DNA of 64,000 nt from Streptosporangiaceae bacterium (GCA_965277615.1 CBDIDG010000006.1:1578332-1642331); one strand, 5' to 3'; counted from the stretch's first letter, positions 30,811 to 40,430 are shown. Translations and numbers: made by a program. The notes: a model not told the origin generated them from the letters alone.

Positions 30811-32481
30811 CTATTGCCCCCTGGTCAGCCGGAAAACGTAGATGTCACCGGTGTCGTAGATGACCTGGTAATGCCGGCCGCGGTGCTGGCTGGCCACGAA
30901 GGCCGGGATGTTGGCCGGCTCGGGCGAGTAACCGCTGTCGGTGCCGTCGAACACGATGTACTCGGTGTCCGGGTTACCGCTGTTGCCGATCCAGAACGTG
31001 TCCGTGCGCGCGGCCAGAGGCGCCAGCAGGTCCAGCGTGGTGGTGACGGTGGCGCCGTCCGGCACCCGGGCCATGGCCGCGCGCATGTCGGCCTGGTGAC
31101 TACCGAGCCGGTAGGTGCCGGGCAGCCACAGGCTGCTGAGCGGGAACTGGAAGATCAACGCGGCCGCGATGGCCAGCATGGCCGCCGCGCCGTGCCGCCC
31201 GATCGTCGTGGCCAGCGCCGTCCGCCGGGCCTCCGCCTTGGCCGCCAGCGGGCCGGACGGGGGGGCACGGTCCGGGTCGGACTGCGCCGCCCGGATCCGG
31301 ACGATGGCGTCGATGGCCGCGAGAAACAAGATCGTCATCGCGGTGGCGTTGTAGTGGTACTGCGTGCCCCAGAAGTTGGCGTTGGTGGCCAGGAAGCGCA
31401 GCACGATCGACGGCAGCGCGATCAGGGCCAGCGGCGACCACAGCGCGATGAACGCGGTGGGAAGCAGCAGCATGAGCACGGTCTGCAGCTTGGCCGGCCA
31501 GGCGGTGAAGAACTGCCGGACGGTGGTGCCGACGCCGAAGCTGCTGCCGGGGCTGAACGTGCCGCCGTCGCCCCAGTACAGGTACTGGTGGGCCGGGTTG
31601 AAGTGCGGGATGATCACCGCGATGGCCAGCACCGACCAGGCGATGCCCCACGCGACCAGGAACTGGCCGCCGATCAGCGCGGTCCGGACCGACGGCCGGG
31701 GATCGTCCCGCCACAGGCTGATCACGATCATCAGCACGCCCAGGGCCGCGACGGTGAACCCCTGGTCTTCCTTGACGAACACCAGCGGCAGCGCCCACAG
31801 CACCGCGTTGCGGTAGCGGCCGCGGATCAGCGCGGCCAGTGAGAAAGCCAGCAGCGGCAGGGCGAAGGCGATCTCGTGGAAGTCGAAGTCGATCATCTGC
31901 TGCAGGCCCCAGGAGAGCCCGTAGGCGGCCCCGATGGCCGCACCCGCCCTGCGCCCCAGCTTCTCGGCCGCGACCCAGGTCACCGGGAGCACGGACACCG
32001 CGGTCAGCACGGCCTGGGCCACCAGCAAGGTGATCGGCGACGGCCAGAGCAGGAAGAACGGCGCGACCAGCGCCACGATCGGTGAGAAGTGGTCGCCCAG
32101 CAGGTTGAACCCCGCTCCGCGGATGTCGGCCACCGGGGCGTGCAGGTGCGCGTACTGCTTGACCTGCTCGGTGAAGATGCCCAGGTCCCAGGACGCCGGG
32201 TTGAACTGCAGGTACCGGAACAGCGACAGCACCAGGTAGACGGCGAACACGAACCCGGCGATCAGCCAGGGTGCCCACCACACGGGGCGGCGTGGCCCGC
32301 TTCTTGCTGTTATCAGCGGCAAGCGGGCGAAGAAGGCGCGCAATGGGCCGGCTGGCGTTGTCGCCGCTACTCCGGCTGGCGTTGTCGCCTCTACTGACGT
32401 CGGCTCGGGCTCGGCGGGCAGGCTGGCCGGGGTGGTGCCGGGCGGTTCGGCACCGCCGTCATTCAGCCCGTTGTCCCGCAT
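30811..32481 (-). CDS. DUF2079-type polytopic membrane protein, paralog B
   Basis: ATG at 32481 (MRDNGLNDGG) avoids overlap with the TetR gene. Colinear with paralog A (SWDLGIFTEQ / FDLVIFDQG; FDFHEIAFALPLL). Confidence 0.75.
   Translation of the reverse strand: MRDNGLNDGGAEPPGTTPASLPAEPEPTSVEATTPAGVAATTPAGPLRAFFARLPLITARSGPRRPVWWAPWLIAGFVFAVYLVLSLFRYLQFNPASWDLGIFTEQVKQYAHLHAPVADIRGAGFNLLGDHFSPIVALVAPFFLLWPSPITLLVAQAVLTAVSVLPVTWVAAEKLGRRAGAAIGAAYGLSWGLQQMIDFDFHEIAFALPLLAFSLAALIRGRYRNAVLWALPLVFVKEDQGFTVAALGVLMIVISLWRDDPRPSVRTALIGGQFLVAWGIAWSVLAIAVIIPHFNPAHQYLYWGDGGTFSPGSSFGVGTTVRQFFTAWPAKLQTVLMLLLPTAFIALWSPLALIALPSIVLRFLATNANFWGTQYHYNATAMTILFLAAIDAIVRIRAAQSDPDRAPPSGPLAAKAEARRTALATTIGRHGAAAMLAIAAALIFQFPLSSLWLPGTYRLGSHQADMRAAMARVPDGATVTTTLDLLAPLAARTDTFWIGNSGNPDTEYIVFDGTDSGYSPEPANIPAFVASQHRGRHYQVIYDTGDIYVFRLTRGQ
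32348..32395. repeat. 2 x 24-bp tandem repeat in the N-terminal region of paralog B
   Basis: ccggctggcgttgtcgcc[g/t]ctact twice, in frame (ATTPAGVAATTPAG). Confidence 0.9.
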
Positions 32482-32521
32482 CGCACGCAGCCTACACGCG
32501 CGTCCTCGGGCGGCCGAAGGA

Positions 32522-33097
32522 TCAGAAGGTGGCCGCGTCGAGCAGGACCTCGGCCGCGGCCCGGGCCCGGGCCGCCGCGTCCTGGTCGCGGTCGATCCGC
32601 GCGGCCCAGTTGACCCCGTCGTAGAGCAGGTGCAGCTGGGCGGCCAGGGTGGCGGGGTCGGCGGCACCGGCGTCCTGGGCCAGCTCGGTGAACAGGCCCC
32701 GGGTCCAGGCCCGGTACTCCTGGGTGACCTGCTCGGCCACGCTGCCGGGGCCGGACTCGGCGCTGGCGTTGGCGAACGCGCAACCGTGGTAGCCCGGCTG
32801 AGCGATCGTGTCGCCGAGGGCGTCGAATACGCCGAGCAGCCGTCCCCGCGGCGTGCTGTAGCGGGTCAGCCATTGCGTGATGCGGGTCCGGCGCTGGTCG
32901 TACTTCCGGTTCAGGTAGGCCCGGACCAGCTCGTCCTTGCTGCCGAACGTGCTGTACAGGGAGGCCTTGGCCACGCCGGCCTTCTCGATCACGCGGTCGA
33001 TCCCGACGATGTGGATGCCCTCTTCGTAGAAGAGCTCGTCGGCCGCGTCCAGCAGCCGTTCCCGGGCTGAAGGGCGCCGCGCAGTGCTGGTGCTCAT
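32522..33097 (-). CDS. TetR family transcriptional regulator
   Basis: RERLLDAADELFYEEGIHIVGIDRVIEKAGVAKASLYSTFGSKDELV. Confidence 0.9.
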   Translation of the reverse strand: MSTSTARRPSARERLLDAADELFYEEGIHIVGIDRVIEKAGVAKASLYSTFGSKDELVRAYLNRKYDQRRTRITQWLTRYSTPRGRLLGVFDALGDTIAQPGYHGCAFANASAESGPGSVAEQVTQEYRAWTRGLFTELAQDAGAADPATLAAQLHLLYDGVNWAARIDRDQDAAARARAAAEVLLDAATF

Positions 33098-33111
33098 GCA
33101 TTTGACAATAC

Positions 33112-33157
33112 CAGACCGGTCTGTCTACCGTGGAGCCACATCAGACAGACCTGTCTG
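33112..33157. promoter_or_regulatory. two candidate TetR operators in the divergent TetR/MFS intergenic region
   Basis: Perfect palindrome CAGACCGGTCTG (33112..33123) and inverted repeat CAGACA-gacc-TGTCTG (33142..33157). Both share CAGAC...GTCTG arms. Confidence 0.6.
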
Positions 33158-33210
33158 TTCCGTAGGACGGAGGATCGTCCGGGGAGTCAGACCATCGGGA
33201 GGCTAATTAA

Positions 33211-34467
33211 ATGAAAGCACCACGACTGCCTCGTACGGCGGCGTTCTACCTGCTGGCGTCGATCATTGTGGGCTTCCTGGCCGGGTCCAGCGCGCCGACC
33301 CCGCTGTACGCGGTCTACGCCAGCCGCTGGGGCTTCTCCCCCATCACAACCACGATTGTGTTCGGGGTGTACGCGCTGGCCGTGCTGACCGCGCTGCTGA
33401 CCGTGGGCTCGCTGTCGGACCACGTGGGCCGGCGCCCGGTACTGCTGGCCGCGCTGGCCGTGCAGGTCGTGGCCATGGTGGTGTTCATCACCGCGGACGG
33501 CGTGCCGCAGCTGCTGGTGGCCCGGGTCGTGCAGGGCCTGTCCACCGGCGCGGCCGCCGGGGCCATCGGGGCGGGCATGCTCGACCTGAACAAGACCCGG
33601 GGCACGATCGCCAACGCGGTGGCCCCGATCACCGGCAGCGCGGCCGGGGCGCTCGGCTCCGGGCTGCTGGTGCAGTACCTGCCGCAGCCCACCCACCTGG
33701 TGTACCTGGTCCTGCTCGGGGTGTTCGTGCTCCAGGCGATCGGGGTGCTGCTGATGCCGGAGACCTCCAGCCCCACCCCGGGCGCCCTGGCCTCGTTGCG
33801 GCCCCAGTTCGCGGTGCCCGCAGCGGTCCGGCGGCCGATGCTGTTCGCGGTGCCCGCCCTGGTCGCGGTGTGGGCCATGGCCGGCCTGTACGGGGCGCTC
33901 GGGCCCGCCCTGGTCAAGCTGGTCTCCGGTTCCGGCTCGGTCGTCCTCGGCGGCTTGTCCCTGTTCGTGCTGGCCGGCAGCGGAGCCGTGGCCGTGCTGC
34001 TGCTCCAGCGGCAAAACGCCCGGCAACTCACGCTGATCGGCGGCGGCGCGCTGCTGGCCGGGATCGCGCTGACCCTGATCGCCGTGGGCACCCGGTCGAC
34101 GGCCGGATTCTTCGTGGGCACGGCGATCGCCGGGATCGGCTTCGGCGGCGGTTTCCAGGGCGCCATCCGGTCGGTGATGCCACTGGCCGCGCCGCACCAG
34201 CGGGCCGGAGTGCTGTCCGTGGTCTACGTGGTGTCCTACCTGGCCCTGGGCCTGCCCGCGGTCATCGCCGGCGTCCTGCTGGTGCACGGGGACAACCTGC
34301 TGCACACCACGGTCCAGTACGGCGTGGCGGTTATGGTGCTGGCGGCACTGGCCCTGCTGGGCGCGATCCGGCCCACCCGCCCGGCGGTGGAGACCCGGCC
34401 CGAGCGCGATGAGGTGATCGAGCCGGAGCAGGCCCGGGAGATGCGCACCGCTGAGCGGGTTATTTGA
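33211..34467 (+). CDS. MFS transporter
   Basis: 12 TM-like segments. GSLSDHVGRRPVLL loop motif. Confidence 0.85.
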   Translation: MKAPRLPRTAAFYLLASIIVGFLAGSSAPTPLYAVYASRWGFSPITTTIVFGVYALAVLTALLTVGSLSDHVGRRPVLLAALAVQVVAMVVFITADGVPQLLVARVVQGLSTGAAAGAIGAGMLDLNKTRGTIANAVAPITGSAAGALGSGLLVQYLPQPTHLVYLVLLGVFVLQAIGVLLMPETSSPTPGALASLRPQFAVPAAVRRPMLFAVPALVAVWAMAGLYGALGPALVKLVSGSGSVVLGGLSLFVLAGSGAVAVLLLQRQNARQLTLIGGGALLAGIALTLIAVGTRSTAGFFVGTAIAGIGFGGGFQGAIRSVMPLAAPHQRAGVLSVVYVVSYLALGLPAVIAGVLLVHGDNLLHTTVQYGVAVMVLAALALLGAIRPTRPAVETRPERDEVIEPEQAREMRTAERVI

Positions 34468-35317
34468 GCAGGAGGCGCCGGATCCGGCGGCTGGCCACGT
34501 ACAGCCCGGCCAGGCCCAGGACGGCGAGGTAGGCGACGTTGACCAGCAGGGCCGGCCCGGGGTGGCCGAAAGCCAGGCCGCGCAGCAGGTCCACCGCCTG
34601 GTACAGCGGCGTGCACTGCACCACGATCTGCAGCGCCCGCGGGTACACCGCGAGCGGGAAGAACGTGGTCGAGAACAAGAACATGGGCAGCGTGGCCAAG
34701 ATGATGAAGTCGAAGTCCTTCCAGCTGCGCATGTAGGTGGTGGCGGCCATCCCGATCCCGGCGAACGCGAAGCTGACCAGCAACGAGGCGGGCAGGGCCA
34801 GGATCAGCCAGGGGGTGGTGGCCAGCCCCAGCGCCGCCAGCACGACCAGGAACAGCACCGCGTACATCAGCCCGCGGCTCAGCGCCCAGGTCACCTCACC
34901 GACGGCCACGTCCACCGGCCCGAGCGGGGTGGACAGCGCCGCGTCGTAGACCTTGGCGTACTTGAGCTTGTGGAACACGTTGAAGGTGGAGTCGTACACC
35001 GCGCCGTTCATCGACGTGGTGGCCAGCAGCGCGGGCGCCACGAACTCGGTGTACCCGACCGGCTGGCCGCCGGGCCCGTTCACCGTCCCGACCAGGTGCC
35101 CCAGGCCCACCCGTACCGACAGCAGGTAGAACAGGGGCTCCAGGATCCCGGTCACAAGCAGGATCCACAGGTGGCGGTAGGCGCGGGCGTTCCGCTCGAC
35201 TAGCGACAGGCCGGCCCGGCCGGGCAGCCCGGGCAGGGGCAGCCACTGCAGCGACCCGCCGGTCGCGGTGGCGGGGGCCGAAGCGGAGGCTCGGGCGGTC
35301 GCGGGGGTGTTACTCAT
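34460..35317 (-). CDS. ABC-2 type transporter permease
   Basis: 6 TM-like segments, ABC-2/NodJ/DrrB-like. Overlaps the neighbour by 8 nt. Confidence 0.8.
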   Translation of the reverse strand: MSNTPATARASASAPATATGGSLQWLPLPGLPGRAGLSLVERNARAYRHLWILLVTGILEPLFYLLSVRVGLGHLVGTVNGPGGQPVGYTEFVAPALLATTSMNGAVYDSTFNVFHKLKYAKVYDAALSTPLGPVDVAVGEVTWALSRGLMYAVLFLVVLAALGLATTPWLILALPASLLVSFAFAGIGMAATTYMRSWKDFDFIILATLPMFLFSTTFFPLAVYPRALQIVVQCTPLYQAVDLLRGLAFGHPGPALLVNVAYLAVLGLAGLYVASRRIRRLLLK

Positions 35318-36158
35318 AGAGCCGCTGGGTGTAGGTCCGCTGCGCGGCCACGCAGCCCGCCAGGGCCAGCACCAGGAGGTAGCCGACGTGCACGGCCGTG
35401 CTCCCCAGGTCGGCGTGGCCCAGGGCGAGGGAGCGGCACAGCGCCACGCCGTGCCAGAGCGGCGTCACGTAGGCGACCGGCTGCAGCCAGCCCGGCAGCT
35501 GGCTGATCGGGAAGAACGTGCCGGAGAACAGGAACAACGGCACCATCACGAACCGCATCAGCACGGCGAAGCTGACGTCGGTGGTCCGGGTCACCGACCA
35601 CGCCATCAGTCCCGGCGCGAACGCCAGCCCGGTCAGCACGGCCGCCGGCAGCGTCAGGATGACCAGCGGCGAACTGACCGCGCCGAACGCGGCGATCACG
35701 GCCAGGAAGATCCCGCAGGTCATGAACAGCCGCAGCGTGACGAACATCAGGTGCCCGCGGAACACGTCCGCCGGGCGCAGCGGGCCCGCCGCGGCGGCGA
35801 AGTAGTTCTGTATCCATTTGACCGAGCCGAGCACCGGATACATGCACTCGCCGAACGCGGTCTGCATGGCGGTGGCGGCCAGCAGGCCGGGCGAGATGAA
35901 GGCCAGGTAGGTGACCCCGCCCAGGCTGGCCGAGCTGTGCCGGTTGACCAGCGTGCCCAGGCCCGCGCCCATCGCGCTCAGGTAGAGCACCGGGCCCAGC
36001 ACGCTGGAGATCACCGAGCCGCGCCAGGTCCGCCGGTAGTTGGTGAGCCAGTACCGCAACTCGCGGACAGCGAAGCCCCAGGGCTGGACCGCGCGGCCCC
36101 GGCCGGTAGCCGCCGGGGCGGGCCGGGCGGTGGCCGGAGCGTTGATCGGTGCCGCCAT
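35310..36158 (-). CDS. ABC-2 type transporter permease
   Basis: Paralogous to 34460..35317 (RNYRRTWRGS / RNARAYRHLW). Confidence 0.8.
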   Translation of the reverse strand: MAAPINAPATARPAPAATGRGRAVQPWGFAVRELRYWLTNYRRTWRGSVISSVLGPVLYLSAMGAGLGTLVNRHSSASLGGVTYLAFISPGLLAATAMQTAFGECMYPVLGSVKWIQNYFAAAAGPLRPADVFRGHLMFVTLRLFMTCGIFLAVIAAFGAVSSPLVILTLPAAVLTGLAFAPGLMAWSVTRTTDVSFAVLMRFVMVPLFLFSGTFFPISQLPGWLQPVAYVTPLWHGVALCRSLALGHADLGSTAVHVGYLLVLALAGCVAAQRTYTQRLYE

Positions 36159-37144
36159 CAGTCCCCCAGCTGGCGGCCGGTCAGCCGGAGGAACACGTCC
36201 TCCAGGGTGCTGCGCCGGGCCAGCGAAGTGATCGGCTCGACCCCGAGGGCGCGCGCCGCCTCCAGCGCCCGGTCACCGTTCCGGGTGTAGATGAGCACCC
36301 GGTCGGCCAGCACTTCCTGCCGCTCGGACTGGAGGGCCGACTGGAGGGCAACGAGCTTTTCCGCGGCCAGCTGGTGGTCTGAGGGGTCGAAGCGCAGCTC
36401 CAGCACCTCCGGGGTGGAGTACTGCTCGATCAGCTGCCGGGGCGAGCCCTCGGCCACGATCTTCCCGGCGTCCATCACCACCAGCCGGTCACACAGCTGT
36501 TCGGCCTCGTCCATGTAGTGCGTGGTCAGGATCAGCGTGACGCCGCGCTGCTTGAGCCGGAACAGCCGGTCCCACACGATGTGCCGGGCCTGCGGATCCA
36601 GCCCGGTGGTGGGCTCGTCGAGCAGCAGGATCTCCGGGTCGTTGATCAGGGACCGGGCGATGACCAGCCTCCGCTTCATGCCCCCGGACAGCGGCTCCAC
36701 CTGATCCTCGGCCCGGTCGCTGAGCTGCACGAACTCCAGCAGGCTGGCGGCCCGCTCCCGGATCACGGCCCGGGGCAGGCCGAAGTACCGGCCGTAGACG
36801 ATCAGGTTCTCCCGGACGGTCAGCTCGATGTCGAGCGTGTTCTCCTGCGGGACCACACCCAGCCGGGCCCGGATCGCGGGTCCGTCCGCGACCGAATCGT
36901 GGCCCAGGATGGTGAGCTCGCCGCTGGACGGCGGGGACACGCAGCCGACCATCCGCATGGTGGAGGACTTGCCCGCGCCGTTCGGTCCGAGGAACCCGAA
37001 TGCCTCGCCCCGGGCGATGCCAAAGTCGATGCCGGCCACCGCCGTGAAGTCCCCGAACCGCTTGGTTAGGCTCCGTGCACGCACGAGTAGGTTCAGCTGG
37101 TCAGGGTCCGGCACCCTGGCGACGTTACCCGGCGTCTCTGACAA
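36158..37144 (-). CDS. ABC transporter ATP-binding protein (DrrA/NodI-like)
   Basis: GPNGAGKSST, LSGGMKRRL, LLLDEPTTGLD. Confidence 0.9.
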   Translation of the reverse strand: MSETPGNVARVPDPDQLNLLVRARSLTKRFGDFTAVAGIDFGIARGEAFGFLGPNGAGKSSTMRMVGCVSPPSSGELTILGHDSVADGPAIRARLGVVPQENTLDIELTVRENLIVYGRYFGLPRAVIRERAASLLEFVQLSDRAEDQVEPLSGGMKRRLVIARSLINDPEILLLDEPTTGLDPQARHIVWDRLFRLKQRGVTLILTTHYMDEAEQLCDRLVVMDAGKIVAEGSPRQLIEQYSTPEVLELRFDPSDHQLAAEKLVALQSALQSERQEVLADRVLIYTRNGDRALEAARALGVEPITSLARRSTLEDVFLRLTGRQLGD

Positions 37145-37221
37145 TTTAATAACCGTTTTCTGTCCTGTGCCGGTGTGACTCAGGTTCGGGGGGTAACCTC
37201 AACAAGCGTTCGGCACGGGGA

Positions 37222-37863
37222 TTGATGATGTGGGAAGGGACCGTTTACCTGGTGAAATACATCCGTGACATTTACCAGCGCTTCACGGTACTCATTCACG
37301 AGGTCTTGAAGTTCGCCATCGTCGGCGGCGTCGGCTTCGTGGTTCAGATCGGGGTGACCGACGGCCTGCACCTGGGCCTGGGCATGGGCCCGGTCAGCGC
37401 GACCGCCATCGGCTACATCATCTCGGCCGCCGTCACCTTCCTCGGCAACCGGCACTGGGCGTTCAAGCACCGCCAGGGCAAGGGCCTGCGGCACGAGACG
37501 CTGATGTTCGTCTTCCTCAACGCCATCGCCCTGGGCATCCAGGAAGCGGTCGTGGCCATCGTCCACTACGGCATGAACCAGACCGGCGGCGTGGCCTTCA
37601 ACATCGCCACCCTCCTCGGCATCGGTCTCGGCACCATCTTCCGGCTCTGGTCTTACCGGAAGTTCGTTTTCCTCGAGGTGGAGGAAGCTCCCTCGCTGGC
37701 CGAGCAGGTCAAGCCGGTCATCACCGGCCACGGCGAGGCCCACGGCGACGTCGGCTCGATGATGCCCGACTCTGGTGCCGCTGATGCTGGCCCTGGCCCT
37801 GGCTCGCAGGATGATCACGAGCAGAACGGCGAGAGCCGCCACCCGGCGCCCTCCATCGGCTGA
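37222..37863 (+). CDS. GtrA-family membrane protein
   Basis: EVLKFAIVGGVGFVVQIGV...FLGNRHWAFKH...RLWSYRKFVF. Confidence 0.8.
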   Translation: MMMWEGTVYLVKYIRDIYQRFTVLIHEVLKFAIVGGVGFVVQIGVTDGLHLGLGMGPVSATAIGYIISAAVTFLGNRHWAFKHRQGKGLRHETLMFVFLNAIALGIQEAVVAIVHYGMNQTGGVAFNIATLLGIGLGTIFRLWSYRKFVFLEVEEAPSLAEQVKPVITGHGEAHGDVGSMMPDSGAADAGPGPGSQDDHEQNGESRHPAPSIG

Positions 37864-37937
37864 GCTGGTCCTTAGTTCCTGGTCCTTCGTTCTTGGTCAG
37901 AGCCCGTCCACTCCGTGTGGGCGGGCTCTTCGGCCGT

Positions 37938-38300
37938 TCAGCCCAGGGCCAGAACGAGGCCGGCCGCGACGAGCAGTGCCGCCGTGAGCCCGTGGATGCC
38001 CAGCACGGTCGCGAGCTTCCCGCCGTTGGTGAGCACGATCAGCGCGTCCGCGGTCGCCGTGAGCGCCGCGGCGACCAGCGCCCAGCCGAGCGCCGTGCGG
38101 CCCGCGGCGGCCCAGACCACGAGCAGCACCACCCCGGAGGTGATGTCGCGGACGCCCTTGATCTCGGTCAGGGCGCGGACGTTGTCCGGGGCGACACCGT
38201 AGGCGAGCGTCGCCTGTCGGGGGGCCAGCAGGAAGCGGCTGCCGATGGCGATGATGGCGGCACAAGCGATGATCGCGACGATCAGGGCGGCGAGCTGCAT
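37938..38300 (-). CDS. small hydrophobic membrane protein (DUF4267-like)
   Basis: 120 aa with 4 TM-like segments and GVRDITSGVVLL. Family name from memory. Confidence 0.6.
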   Translation of the reverse strand: MQLAALIVAIIACAAIIAIGSRFLLAPRQATLAYGVAPDNVRALTEIKGVRDITSGVVLLVVWAAAGRTALGWALVAAALTATADALIVLTNGGKLATVLGIHGLTAALLVAAGLVLALG

Positions 38301-38355
38301 GGTGAGGGTCCCTTCGGATCTTTGTCTAGTTCCTGGTCTGGTTTTTATCTAACAG

Positions 38356-38367
38356 CGTTATATAACG
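38356..38367. promoter_or_regulatory. candidate TetR operator
   Basis: Palindrome CGTTATATAACG in an AT-rich divergent intergenic region, 17 nt upstream of the TetR start. Confidence 0.45.
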
Positions 38368-38383
38368 ATGCTAGACTATAGGC

Positions 38384-38923
38384 ATGTCCCCTAGACCCGC
38401 TCCAGATCTGGACCTGAGACGCGATCAGGTCATCGGCGCAGCCCGCGACCTCGCCGAGGCCGACGGCTGGCCCGCCGTCACCATGCGCCGCCTGGCCGGG
38501 GAGGTCGGCGTCACCCAGCCGGTGCTCTACTCCGCCTTCGCCAGCCGCCAGGCACTCATCGACGCGGTGGCGCTCAACGGCTTCGATGACCTCGCCGCGG
38601 CGCTCAGGGCGGTCGAAGCCTCGCCGAAGGCGCGGATGCGCGCCTACCTCGACTTCGCCGCCGCCCATCCCCGGGTCTATGAGGCGATGTTCTCACTGCC
38701 CTCGGGGCTGGCCTTCGCGGCCGACGACACCCCCGAACCACTCCGGCGCGCGTTCTCGGGCGTCCGCGACGCATTCCCCGATGCGGACGAGACCCAGGCC
38801 GAAGTCGCCTGGGCGGCGATGCACGGCCTGGCCACCCTCCAAGCCAGCGGGCGCCTACGCCCGAGCCACGTCGAGGCCCGGCTCGACCTCGCCCATCGCA
38901 TGCTCACCCAGCCGGAGACCTAA
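38384..38923 (+). CDS. TetR family transcriptional regulator
   Basis: RDQVIGAARDLAEADGWPAVTMRRLAGEVGVTQPVLYSAFASRQAL. Confidence 0.85.
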   Translation: MSPRPAPDLDLRRDQVIGAARDLAEADGWPAVTMRRLAGEVGVTQPVLYSAFASRQALIDAVALNGFDDLAAALRAVEASPKARMRAYLDFAAAHPRVYEAMFSLPSGLAFAADDTPEPLRRAFSGVRDAFPDADETQAEVAWAAMHGLATLQASGRLRPSHVEARLDLAHRMLTQPET

Positions 38924-38957
38924 GGAGTGCCGTGATGTCGCCTCGCGAAGGTGCTCG

Positions 38958-39836
38958 CTAGGAGCGGCAGCCGGTGCCTTCGGGGACGAGCTGGAGGTTC
39001 TCGGCCAAGACGGTCTTGGCCTGGGCCTGGGTCAGGACGCCGACCGAGACCAGGCGGCCCACCACGTGGACCTCGCGGTTGCGGGCGTTTTGCGGGTTGG
39101 TCCGCGGGTCGTCAGCCGTGGGGGCGTTGACCACGCCGGCCAGGAACGCAGCCTCGGGCCAGCTCAGGTTGGCGGGCTCGACGCCGAAGTAGCCGCAGCT
39201 GGCCTGGCGGAGCCCGTAGTAATTGTTGCCGTAGTAGGCGATCTCGGCGTACATCTGCAGGATCTGCGCCTTGGTGTAGTGCAGGTCCAGCTTGACCGCC
39301 AGCACGACCTGCTCGGTCTCAACGGTGAACCCGGACCGCCCGCTGGTGTAGAGGTTCTTGGCCAGCTGCTGCTCCAGCGTGCTGCCGCCCTGATCGGGGT
39401 GGCCGGTGAGGTCGCCCCAGAACAGCCGGGCCACGGCCAGCGGGTCCACGCCCGGGGTGGAGTAGAACCGGTGATCCTCGGTGGCCACCAGCGCCTGGGT
39501 GAACCGCGTCGGCGGCTGGACCCCGGGATAGCTGATCCCGTGCGAGACGGCCTGCTCCTGCACGAGCGCGGGCGCGTTGCTCACCGAGGGCGTGAAGACC
39601 CAGAGGCCGCCGCAGACCACAACCAGCACGATGATCAGCACCAGGAGCGTCTTGGCCAGCCGCCGCGGCCAGCGCCGCCCCGTGCGCGCCCTGGCCCGCG
39701 GCCGCGGCCGCGGCCTCGGCGCGGGGCGTGCGGCCCGCGGCTCGCGACGGTACGGCCGGGTGTCACCGCCCGTGTCCTCGTACCATCCGTCCGATCCACT
39801 GGACCAGGAATCCCGCGACGTCCCGAACACGCTCAC
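38958..39836 (-). CDS. monofunctional peptidoglycan transglycosylase (GT51 domain), membrane anchored
   Basis: ALVATEDHRFYSTPGVDP...GGSTLEQQLAKNLY, with an N-terminal TM LLVLIIVLVVVCGGLWVF. Confidence 0.85.
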   Translation of the reverse strand: MSVFGTSRDSWSSGSDGWYEDTGGDTRPYRREPRAARPAPRPRPRPRARARTGRRWPRRLAKTLLVLIIVLVVVCGGLWVFTPSVSNAPALVQEQAVSHGISYPGVQPPTRFTQALVATEDHRFYSTPGVDPLAVARLFWGDLTGHPDQGGSTLEQQLAKNLYTSGRSGFTVETEQVVLAVKLDLHYTKAQILQMYAEIAYYGNNYYGLRQASCGYFGVEPANLSWPEAAFLAGVVNAPTADDPRTNPQNARNREVHVVGRLVSVGVLTQAQAKTVLAENLQLVPEGTGCRS

Positions 39837-40096
39837 TGGTGCAGTGCCTCCCGTGCCCGACTGGACGCCACCCGCGGTAGCTCCGGCTTGTTACCCATGG
39901 ACGAACGCGGCATACCGGCGGATGCCCGCGATCAAATCTAGGTGGTTGACGCCATCTTTAACGGCCTGCAACCCGGCGTGTCGTTCCCGGCCGACAACCT
40001 TCCAGAAACCTGGAGCACCTGGAGCATTGCCCGCCCGCTCTGATCACCGCCAGGCCGCGGCCAGGTGTCACTCCCCCATTACACCGGGTTGCCTGC

Positions 40097-40203
40097 GGTC
40101 GGCGGGCGGTGTTGGCCACTAGTCGGCGGGCGGCGTTTAGCCGGCAGGCGATGCTGGCCACTAGTCGGCGGGTCGCGTTTAGTCGGCGGACGGCGTTGGC
40201 CAT
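40097..40203. repeat. imperfect tandem array with 42-bp period (alternating 18- and 24-nt units)
   Basis: Units are TAGTCGGCGGGCGGCGTT / TAGCCGGCAGGCGATGCTGGCCAC / TAGTCGGCGGGTCGCGTT / TAGTCGGCGGACGGCGTTGGCCAT, plus a partial first unit. Lies 78 nt upstream of tRNA-Pro. Confidence 0.8.
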
Positions 40204-40280
40204 TACGAGCGTGGCCCCGGCAGGTCGCGCACTACGCTAAGGTAAGTAAGCCCGCTCAGGCGGGTGTGTGCGTCAGCGCA

Positions 40281-40354
40281 CCGGGACGTGGCCCAGCTTG
40301 GTAGGGCACTTGACTGGGGGTCAAGGGGTCGCGGGTTCAAATCCCGCCGTCCCG
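40281..40354 (+). tRNA. tRNA-Pro (anticodon GGG)
   Basis: Folded by hand: acceptor CGGGACG/CGTCCCG, D stem GCCC/GGGC, anticodon stem CTTGA/TCAAG with loop CTGGGGG, T arm GCGGG-TTCAAAT-CCCGC. No encoded CCA. Confidence 0.9.
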
Positions 40355-40368
40355 ACTTAGTTTCCGCA
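40311..40368. repeat. att copy 1 (3' part of tRNA-Pro plus 14 nt)
   Basis: 58 nt repeated at 45967..46024 (1 mismatch). The first 45 nt repeat at 50061..50105 (2 mismatches). Confidence 0.85.
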
Positions 40369-40430
40369 GATTAGAGCCCGTTTTTCAACGTTAGAGACGG
40401 GCTCTGGTGGTCGCCCGAGAGCCTTGTCTC

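Noticed and set aside
40097-40203. CRISPR-like array
   Set aside because: The units are contiguous with no unique spacers, the period is 42 bp, and no cas genes are present. No other CRISPR-like pattern was seen in the window.
40372-40404. Hairpin AGAGCCCGT-n15-ACGGGCTCT just after tRNA-Pro
   Set aside because: It is plausibly a terminator or part of the att arm, but I cannot distinguish these. It is not repeated after att copies 2 and 3.
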